Below, one piece after another: positions 1 to 5,994 of a DNA stretch of 40,419 bases (position 1 is the stretch's first letter; each line of letters starts with the position of its first letter). The notes under the pieces are model-generated. The model had not been told where the DNA came from. It saw nothing but the letters and a program-made list of their open reading frames with translations, and did not search any database. A program made the translations under genes and the position numbers. Origin of the DNA: an uncultured Gammaproteobacteria bacterium (GTDB lineage Bacteria > Patescibacteriota > Patescibacteriia > Patescibacteriales > CAZTIC01); NCBI GenBank assembly GCA_964613625.1, contig CAZTIC010000003.1:1-40419 (forward strand), read 5' to 3'.

Positions 1-173
1 AGATTTTTTTCTGTTTTAGAAAATTTATTGTTTGCTATTAATATTTGATTATCATCATAAACTTTAAGAAATTTTAAATATATTATGTTTGGAACACCTT
101 CTTTTGTTGATGTTGACAAAATGTGTACTTCTTGATTATTAATAATATTTTGAATATGTTTTGGAATTTTCAT
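1..173 (-). CDS. Partial CDS (first 57 codons; continues past the window start), tentatively a PNPOx-like FMN-binding split-barrel family protein
   Basis: My own reverse translation from the ATG (complement of 171-173) gives MKIPKHIQNIINNQEVHILSTSTKEGVPNIIYLKFLKVYDDNQILIANNKFSKTEKN, open to the window edge. The pattern (K.G.PN ... DD..ILIANN..SKT..N) recalls pyridoxamine-5'-phosphate-oxidase-like proteins. It is absent from the track because it is truncated. Confidence 0.45.
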   Translation of the reverse strand, partial: MKIPKHIQNIINNQEVHILSTSTKEGVPNIIYLKFLKVYDDNQILIANNKFSKTEKN

Positions 174-243
174 AATAAAATAATAAATTTTTATAAGTAT
201 ATAAAACTTTTGTCTTTTTTGAATCATTAAAGCCTTTTTTTCG

Positions 244-344
244 ATTTCGTATAACATGTGCGTGTATGAGAAGTTTGTGAAGCAAATTTGGACGAAGACT
301 TTTGTAAAAAGTCGTAGTCTCATACACGTTGTTATGTGATGTAA
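244..344. repeat. Left palindromic module: ATTTCGTATAA (244-254) ... TTATGTGATGT (332-342) enclosing a long stem
   Basis: CGTGTATGAGA (261-271) is the exact reverse complement of TCTCATACACG (318-328). An inner hairpin GACTTTT/AAAAGTC is present. The outer 11-mers belong to the same family as those at 1145, 1311 and 1366. Confidence 0.55.
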
Positions 345-392
345 TGAAAAATTCTTTTTCGCTGATAAGCGAAAATTAATTGAAATATTTTA
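321..392. repeat. Left arm of the imperfect inverted repeat flanking ORF 427-1077
   Basis: The reverse complement of 321-392 aligns with 1096-1163. The first 17 nt are identical (TAAAATATTTCAATTAA). Both arms then carry a small GATA-loop hairpin (TCGCT-GATA-AGCGA versus TTGCTC-GATA-GAGCAA), a TTTTTC run and TCACATAA. Identity is roughly three-quarters by eye. Confidence 0.7.
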
Positions 393-426
393 GTAATTAA
401 AGAATTTAAATAAGCGAACAAGTTTT

Positions 427-1077
427 TCAAGCATCAAAAAGATTGTCAGTATTTCTTGGTAAGCCTAGATTGAAAAAATCACATTTAAATTTGTATACTA
501 TTAAAAATATCGTTATAAATAATATTAAAAATACAAGAGTATAACCAAAATATTTTAATACTTTCAATTCTCCACTCTCTTTAGCTTTTTCATTGGAAAT
601 ATAAGTTGTTTTATCTTTAAATATTTGTGTAATTTCATCAAATCGATTAACTGGAATAAAAATTGGAATATATTTCGTAAACAGTAGCCCCTTTTTAATT
701 AAATAAATAATATTAAATTTTGGAGAAGAGTAAAATTTATGAAGCTCCGGGACAATATTTGATGTTAATATATTTTTATCAAGTAGTATTTTATCATTTT
801 TTTTATCATAGCATAAGTTTAAATTATTATTTTCAATAGTATGTTTTGCATATTTTTTTTTAAATATCAGTTGAATATATCGTGCATGAGGATCTTTCTT
901 TCTTAAAAACAATTTAAGAAAAAAGCTAAGTGATAAAGTAATAAAAATAAAAAATGAACCGCCAGGATTAACTCCCGCAAATGTTAACAAAAAAGAAAAC
1001 ATTGATATCACCAAGATAATCATGATGATTTTTGGTACTGATGATATGTAATATGGTGCTTGCCATGAATGTGTCAT
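427..1077 (-). CDS. Hypothetical membrane protein (2 N-terminal and 1 C-terminal predicted TM helices)
   Basis: 216-aa ORF with hydrophobic stretches (IIMIILVISMFSFLLTFAGV, FFIFITLSLSFFLKLF, GYTLVFLILFITIFLIVY). I recognise no catalytic motif. It is bracketed by ~70-bp inverted repeats. Confidence 0.6.
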   Translation of the reverse strand: MTHSWQAPYYISSVPKIIMIILVISMFSFLLTFAGVNPGGSFFIFITLSLSFFLKLFLRKKDPHARYIQLIFKKKYAKHTIENNNLNLCYDKKNDKILLDKNILTSNIVPELHKFYSSPKFNIIYLIKKGLLFTKYIPIFIPVNRFDEITQIFKDKTTYISNEKAKESGELKVLKYFGYTLVFLILFITIFLIVYKFKCDFFNLGLPRNTDNLFDA

Positions 1078-1095
1078 ATGTATATTTTTAATTAA

Positions 1096-1163
1096 TAAAA
1101 TATTTCAATTAAATTTGCTCGATAGAGCAAAAGAGTTTTTCGTTATTTCACATAATGTGTGTG
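1096..1163. repeat. Right arm of the imperfect inverted repeat flanking ORF 427-1077
   Basis: See the left arm (321-392). The repeat runs from TAAAATATTTCAATTAA (1096-1112) to TTTCACATAATGTGTGTG. Confidence 0.7.
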
Positions 1164-1365
1164 CTTGATCCGAAGTTGGCAGATCGAAAACGGAGCGGAG
1201 CGGAGTTTTTGAGCTGACAATTTTGGATAAGCTGTGTTATGCGATGTGCGCGAGTTCGAGCGATAGCGAGGCTCGCGTGCAACGCATGGCACGGCTGGTA
1301 AGCACACACATTATGCAAAATGTTAGTGAGTGCTCCTGTAGCGATAGCGGAAGGAGTGCGAGTGC

Positions 1366-1391
1366 ATTTTGCATAACAAGTTATATGCGAA
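1366..1391. other. Candidate Xer-type core recombination site (dif-like): ATTTTGCATAA-CAAG-TTATATGCGAA
   Basis: The arms have dyad symmetry (..GCATAA / TTATATGC..) and lie 64 bp upstream of the Xer-like recombinase start. The left arm resembles the complement of the E. coli dif XerD arm (ATTTAACATAA, from memory). The central spacing is ambiguous (4-8 nt depending on how the arms are defined). Confidence 0.3.
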
Positions 1392-1406
1392 CTTGTTGTT
1401 TTTTTA
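1375..1406 (+). terminator. Rho-independent terminator (plus strand)
   Basis: AACAAGTT (1375-1382) pairs perfectly with AACTTGTT (1390-1397) around the loop ATATGCG, followed by GTTTTTTT. No plus-strand CDS lies upstream, which implies an unannotated plus-strand transcript or an insulator. Confidence 0.6.
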
Positions 1407-1454
1407 TTTAAAATTAGTTAAAATAAAGATAATTATTTCTAATCAGAAAGCTTT

Positions 1455-2303
1455 ATGAATGGAAATTATCAATATCCTAGTAAGGACCCTATGATTAAAC
1501 TTGGTCAAGAGCTAAGAATTAGAGGATTTTCTAAACAAACAATCAAAGCTTATCTTTATTATAACAAAGAATTGTTAAAATTTGCAAATAAATCACCAAA
1601 AGAAATAACAAAGCAAGATATAAAAGACTATATTGATTGTTTGATTGGATTAGGTAGGTCAGAATCTACAATAAACCTATTGATTAATTCTTTGAAATTT
1701 TATTACGAAAATGTTTTACAAAGAAGTTTCTTTGTTCCAAAAATTGGAATTATTCGTCCAAAAAAGTCTAAGAAATTGCCAGTTGTATTATCAAAAGAAG
1801 AAGTAGTGCAAATGATTAATGTATTAGATAATATCAAACATAAGCTAATGATACAGATTATGTATGGATCTGGTCTCAGAGTGAGCGAAGTAGTTAATTT
1901 CCAAATCAATAATATAGACTTTAGTCGAAAAATTATTCATATAAAAAATGCTAAAGGGAAAAAAGATAGGATTAGTATAATATCAGAAACTACTTTAAAT
2001 AATATTGAAAAATATTTACGAGAATGTCAACCTCTCGTTTTTTTATTTGAAAGTCATATAGCTGGTAGTAAGATTACTACAAGGACAGTACAAAAAATTA
2101 TTTTTGAATCAGCGAAAAAAGCTAAAATATTAAAAGATGTTAGTGCGCATAGTTTACGGCATAGTTTCGCTACGTCTTTACTAGAAAACGGTACTGATAT
2201 AAGGTATATACAGGAGCTATTGGGTCACGCTCGACTCGAAACAACACAAATTTATACCAAAGTAGCTACAAATAAATTGGAAGGGATTGAGAGTCCTATT
2301 TAG
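1455..2303 (+). CDS. Tyrosine site-specific recombinase, XerC/XerD-like
   Basis: 282 aa with an N-terminal SAM-like domain (SKQTIKAYLYYNKELLKF). The catalytic signature is GLRVSEV, HSLRHSFATSLLENGTDIRYIQELLGHARLETTQIYTKV (R, H-x-x-R, H, Y). Confidence 0.85.
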   Translation: MNGNYQYPSKDPMIKLGQELRIRGFSKQTIKAYLYYNKELLKFANKSPKEITKQDIKDYIDCLIGLGRSESTINLLINSLKFYYENVLQRSFFVPKIGIIRPKKSKKLPVVLSKEEVVQMINVLDNIKHKLMIQIMYGSGLRVSEVVNFQINNIDFSRKIIHIKNAKGKKDRISIISETTLNNIEKYLRECQPLVFLFESHIAGSKITTRTVQKIIFESAKKAKILKDVSAHSLRHSFATSLLENGTDIRYIQELLGHARLETTQIYTKVATNKLEGIESPI

Positions 2304-2325
2304 TTAGTAGAATAAATTATAAAAA

Positions 2326-3327
2326 ATGAAGTTAATAGAAATAAAAGATAAAAATATATATAACAATTTTGTTTCTGGGCAAAAACATAGTCAGTTTTTG
2401 CAGTCTTGGGAGTGGGGAGAATTTAATCAGAATATAGGTCTTAGAACAAAGGTGTTGGGATTGGAAAAAAATGGAGAATTAATAATGGGTTTAACTTTGT
2501 TAAGGAAAAATTTGGGTTTTGGTAAAAGTTATTATTATGTGCCAAGAATTGGGGTAAAAAATTTAAATGAAATACAATTAAATTTTCTTTTTGAAGAAAT
2601 TAGAAAAATTGCAAAACAAGAAGATGTTTTGTTTTTGCGCTTCGAACCTAGAAGTGAGCTGTCAAAAGTCAATTGTCAAAAGTCAATTGTCAAAACGCTT
2701 GACGTTCAACCTAGTAAGACTTTAATTCTCGATATCTCTAAATCTGAAGAGGAGCTACTAAAAAATTTCAAACAAAAGACTAGATACAATATTCGCTTGG
2801 CAGAGAAGAAGGGTGTTGTGGTGCGAGAAATGAAAGATGATAATGATTTTGAAAATTGGTGGAAGGTGATGGAAGAGACAAAAGACCGAGATGGATTTAG
2901 ATTGCATTCTAAAAAATATTATCGTGAAATGTTAACCTCACCCCAACCCTCTCTTTATAAAGGAGAGGGGGCTAATATAATAATTAAATTATTATTGGCT
3001 GAGTATAAAGACGAAATAATCGCAGGAAATATTGTAGCTATGTTTGGTGATATGGCAACCTATGTTCATGGTGCTTCTTCTAATAAATTTCGGAATGTAA
3101 TGGCGCCTTATTTACTTCAGTGGGAAACAATAAAAATAGCGAAAGAAACAGATATTAAGTATTATGATTTCTATGGTATTGATGAACAAAAATGGCCGGG
3201 AGTTACTAGATTTAAATTAGGCTTTAACGGCGAAGAAATAAATTATCCAGGTACATTTGATTTAGTTTTTGATATGAAGTCTTATGGTTTGTATAAATTG
3301 ATTAGAAAAATTAGACGAATGTTTTAA
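2326..3327 (+). CDS. FemAB-family peptidoglycan interpeptide-bridge aminoacyltransferase (FemX/MurM-like)
   Basis: 333 aa. Family-typical features are the N-terminal FLQSWEWGEF, KTRYNIRLAEKKGV, and C-terminal YVHGASS..FRNVMAPYLLQWE. It contains an in-frame GC-rich repeat at 2936-2972. Confidence 0.7.
   Translation: MKLIEIKDKNIYNNFVSGQKHSQFLQSWEWGEFNQNIGLRTKVLGLEKNGELIMGLTLLRKNLGFGKSYYYVPRIGVKNLNEIQLNFLFEEIRKIAKQEDVLFLRFEPRSELSKVNCQKSIVKTLDVQPSKTLILDISKSEEELLKNFKQKTRYNIRLAEKKGVVVREMKDDNDFENWWKVMEETKDRDGFRLHSKKYYREMLTSPQPSLYKGEGANIIIKLLLAEYKDEIIAGNIVAMFGDMATYVHGASSNKFRNVMAPYLLQWETIKIAKETDIKYYDFYGIDEQKWPGVTRFKLGFNGEEINYPGTFDLVFDMKSYGLYKLIRKIRRMF
2936..2972 (+). repeat. CCTCACCCCAACCC-hairpin unit (family U) embedded in frame in the FemAB-like CDS
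   Basis: The sequence is CCTCACCCCAACCCTCTCTTTATAAAGGAGAGGGGGC, with the hairpin CCCTCTC/GAGAGGG. It translates as SPQPSLYKGEGA. The same unit occurs intergenically at 4063, 20331 and 24329, and inverted at 4110 and 24242. Confidence 0.8.
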
Positions 3328-3331
3328 TTGT

Positions 3332-4018
3332 ATGGCTCAATTTAAAGTTTGGGAAAAGGAATATAGGGACTCAAAGTTTGTGACTAAGCATGATAAGCCA
3401 CAAAAGTTTTTTTTGAGATTTTTGAAGTATCTAAGAAGAGAGAAAAAAATTAAGCTTGAAAATTTAAAAATTCTTGATCTGGGATCTGGTACTGGTAGAA
3501 ATGCTAATTATTTAGCTGAGCTAGGTGCTCAAGTGTTTGGTCTCGAGATATCAGCTACAGCAGTAAAAGTTGCTAGAGAAAGAGCGAAGGAATTAGATAT
3601 TTCAGTTGAGTATTATCAATGTTCCATAGGAGAAAAATATCCTTTTGAAGATAACTATTTTGACTTGGTTTTAGATATTACTTCCTCTAACTCATTAGAT
3701 GAACAAGAATTGGAAATATATTTGAACGAAGTAAATAGGGTTTTAAAACCAGATGGAAACTTCTTTGTGAGATCGTTGTGCTTGGAAAGTGATAAAAATG
3801 CAAAGCAATTATTAAAGATGTTTTCTGGCAAGGAAGAAAATACTTATATTTTGCCAGAAGTAAAAATAATAGAGCGAGTATTTTCAAGAGAAGATTTTAT
3901 GAAGCTATACTCAGAAAAATATGATATTATTAAATTAATAAAAGAAATAGGGTATTCTAAATTTAATGATAGAAGCTATAAAAGAAATTTTTGGATAGGA
4001 TATTTAAGGAAAAAATAA
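3332..4018 (+). CDS. Class I SAM-dependent methyltransferase
   Basis: 228 aa with motif I ILDLGSGTGRNANYLAELG, then VFGLEIS and LKPDGNFFV, which are typical of Methyltransf_11/25-like proteins. The substrate is unknown. Confidence 0.75.
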   Translation: MAQFKVWEKEYRDSKFVTKHDKPQKFFLRFLKYLRREKKIKLENLKILDLGSGTGRNANYLAELGAQVFGLEISATAVKVARERAKELDISVEYYQCSIGEKYPFEDNYFDLVLDITSSNSLDEQELEIYLNEVNRVLKPDGNFFVRSLCLESDKNAKQLLKMFSGKEENTYILPEVKIIERVFSREDFMKLYSEKYDIIKLIKEIGYSKFNDRSYKRNFWIGYLRKK

Positions 4019-4062
4019 GCTTAAACTTTTTCTTTTTTATAGAAGAATATTAATGAATATAT

Positions 4063-4142
4063 CCCTCACCCCAGCCTTCTCCCGATTGGGAGAAGGGGTA
4101 AAATATATTCCCTCTCCTTTGCAGGAGAGGGTTAGGGTGAGG
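4063..4142. repeat. Composite palindromic element: two family-U units tail to tail
   Basis: The first unit is CCCTCACCCCAGCC-TTCTCCC-gatt-GGGAGAA-GGGG (4063-4098). The second is CCCTCTCC-tttgca-GGAGAGGG-TTAGGGTGAGG (4110-4142). The outer arms are mutually complementary. The element ends 11 nt before the murE-like ATG and supplies a GAGGT that could act as an SD. Confidence 0.8.
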
Positions 4143-4153
4143 TAGAAATAATT

Positions 4154-5542
4154 ATGAAAATTTTAAATAAAATAAAAAAAATAATACCAACAAAAATATT
4201 TAAAGCTTTGCAACCTTGTTACCACTATTTGCTAGCTTGGTTTTCAGCATTTATTTATAGATTTCCATCGGAGAAGTTAATAGTAATTGGTGTTACGGGT
4301 ACAACTGGAAAAACAACCAGTGTTTATATGATCGCTAAAATGTTGGAAGCGGCTGGCTATAAAACCGGCTATACATCTACAGCTATGTTTAATGATGGAA
4401 AGAAAGAATGGTTGAATGATAAAAAGATGACCATGCTTGGTCGGTTTTTTACTCAGAGAATGTTGCGAGAGATGGTGAGTAATGGTTGTAAATATGTAAT
4501 CGTAGAAACTACCTCAGAAGGAATAGTTCAGTTTCGTCACAAATTTATTAATTATGACATATTGGTTTTTACCGGACTTTATCCAGAGCATGTTGATTCA
4601 CACGGTGGATTTGAAAATTATAAAAAAGCTAAGGGAGAATTATTTAAATATTTAAAAAGTTGTAAAGTTAAATATGTGGATGAAAATAGAAATATTGTTA
4701 TTAGTAAGTCAGGAATTAAAAAATTAGACTTCAGTCGAATTAAGAAAACTACAATTGTTAATTTGGACGATGAGCATGTCGATTATTTCTTGGGATTTTG
4801 GTCTGGCCAAAAGTATGGCTATCGATTGAGTGGTGGTAAAAAAGAAGAGAATAAAAAAATTGATGAGTTGGTAGAATATGGAGATATCGAAGTGAGTGGA
4901 GAGGGAACAAGTATGAAGATAAATAATAAGACTATTAATCTAAAACTTTTGGGTAGTTTTAACGCCACTAATGCCATGAACGCGGTTTGTGTTGGTATGT
5001 CACAAAAAATGAATATAGATATTATTAAGAAAAGTCTTGAAGATGTAGTTGGTGTGCCAGGTAGGTTTGAATGTATTAATGAAGATCAGGATTTTATTGT
5101 TATCGTAGATTATGCTTATGAACCAAATGCAGTTATAAATCTTTATAAAACGCTAAAATTAATTCCTCATAAGAAAATTATTCATGTTTTGGGATCATGT
5201 GGTGGTGGACGAGATGTAGCTCGTAGACCAAAAATGGGTAAATTAGCAGGTGAAAACGCTGATTATGTAATTATTACCAATGAAGATCCATATGATGATG
5301 ATCCAGGTATAATCATTGATTCTGTAACAGCTGGTGCTGAAAATGTGGGCAAAAAAATAGATAAAAATTTATTTAAAATAATAGACAGGCGAGAGGCAAT
5401 AAAAAAAGCTCTTAGTTTAGCAAATAAGGGCGATATTGTGTTAATAACCGGAAAAGGCAGTGAACAAGCAATTTGTATTGCAAATGGTGAAAAAATATCT
5501 TGGGATGATCGAGCAGTTGTTCGAGGTTTATTGAATAAATAA
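4154..5542 (+). CDS. murE: Mur ligase family, MurE-like UDP-N-acetylmuramoyl-tripeptide synthetase
   Basis: 462 aa with the P-loop VIGVTGTTGKTTS, then DYAYEPNAV, GSCGGGRDVARRPKMG and ITNEDPYDDDP, which match MurE-type motifs (DYAHTPDAL, GCGGDRD..KRP, DNPR.EDP). Confidence 0.7.
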   Translation: MKILNKIKKIIPTKIFKALQPCYHYLLAWFSAFIYRFPSEKLIVIGVTGTTGKTTSVYMIAKMLEAAGYKTGYTSTAMFNDGKKEWLNDKKMTMLGRFFTQRMLREMVSNGCKYVIVETTSEGIVQFRHKFINYDILVFTGLYPEHVDSHGGFENYKKAKGELFKYLKSCKVKYVDENRNIVISKSGIKKLDFSRIKKTTIVNLDDEHVDYFLGFWSGQKYGYRLSGGKKEENKKIDELVEYGDIEVSGEGTSMKINNKTINLKLLGSFNATNAMNAVCVGMSQKMNIDIIKKSLEDVVGVPGRFECINEDQDFIVIVDYAYEPNAVINLYKTLKLIPHKKIIHVLGSCGGGRDVARRPKMGKLAGENADYVIITNEDPYDDDPGIIIDSVTAGAENVGKKIDKNLFKIIDRREAIKKALSLANKGDIVLITGKGSEQAICIANGEKISWDDRAVVRGLLNK

Positions 5543-5672
5543 GTGATTTGTAATATATTGTGGATAACTATTTTAATTTTAAATATAGATTATTATTAAA
5601 ATTGCTATAAATTATTTAAAATTAGCCAAAAAACAAAGAAACTTGCCAAAAATAAAAAAATTTGCATTAAAC

Positions 5673-5701
5673 TTGACATATTTTTTGTAAGTTGTTAATA
5701 T
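5673..5701 (+). promoter_or_regulatory. Sigma-70-like promoter: TTGACA-17-TAATAT
   Basis: TTGACA lies at 5673-5678, followed by a 17-nt spacer and TAATAT at 5696-5701. It lies in the 450-bp gap upstream of rpoB. Confidence 0.5.
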
Positions 5702-5753
5702 AAGAACAAGTTTTGAAAATTAACTTTATTAAATATAGTGTGGAGCAACTCAG

Positions 5754-5803
5754 AAAAAACGGAAAATGACGCGTAATTTGGATGCGCAAAGGACCGTTTT
5801 TTT
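5754..5803 (+). terminator. Terminator-like structure (bulged stem plus T7 run)
   Basis: AAAAAACGG (5754-5762) pairs with CCGTTTTTT (5794-5802) around an inner hairpin GCGTA/TGCGC (5771-5775/5783-5787). A T-run follows. Confidence 0.4.
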
Positions 5804-5896
5804 ATTTTTACCCTAAAATTAGAGAAGTTTTTATAAATTGTTTAACTTTTTAAAAAGTGATTCAATCTAGTTTAATAAATTAAATATTACCAAAAA

Positions 5897-5927
5897 CTCA
5901 AGCCAAATATGGCATTGAGCTTTTTTT
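5897..5927 (+). terminator. Rho-independent terminator or attenuator upstream of rpoB
   Basis: CTCAAGCC (5897-5904) pairs with GGCATTGAG (5911-5919, one bulged A), followed by CTTTTTTT. Confidence 0.55.
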
Positions 5928-5994
5928 GTTGTCTGAAAAGGACTGTTACCAAATGTTATGTTTGCCCTAAATTTACTTGAAATTATGAAAATTT

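Larger units (their letters stand above)
1145..1406 (+). other. GC-rich multi-hairpin module ending in an intrinsic terminator: either a candidate structured ncRNA or a BIME-like cluster of palindromic repeats
   Basis: A perfect 16-bp closing stem pairs CATAATGTGTGTGCTT (1151-1166) with AAGCACACACATTATG (1300-1315). A nested long hairpin pairs 1238-1253 with 1272-1287 and includes two G-T pairs that are wobble-compatible only on the + strand. A further stem pairs AGCTGTG (1230-1236) with CACGGCT (1290-1296). A second hairpin pairs TGCAAAATG (1314-1322) with CATTTTGCA (1365-1373). A terminator follows at 1375-1406. I found no convincing promoter. Confidence 0.35.

Noticed and set aside
139-327. 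62-aa minus-strand ORF
   Set aside because: The product is low-complexity and Lys/Tyr-rich. The ORF overlaps the left palindromic module and the better-supported partial CDS at 1-173 in another frame.
1151-1315. 6S RNA, RNase P RNA, tmRNA or SRP RNA identity for the GC-rich structured block
   Set aside because: It lacks the RNase P GAGGAAAGUCC motif, a tmRNA tag frame or CCA-proximal acceptor, and the SRP domain IV GGAA/AGCA motif. The asymmetric internal layout does not resemble the 6S central bubble.
1223-1411. 62-aa plus-strand ORF (MDKLCYAMCASSSDSEARVQ...)
   Set aside because: It lies entirely within the GC-rich hairpin block. Its open frame is a by-product of stop-poor GC-rich palindromes: the SDSE and SDSG residues come from the AGCGATAGCG motif. 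It has no SD and runs through a terminator.
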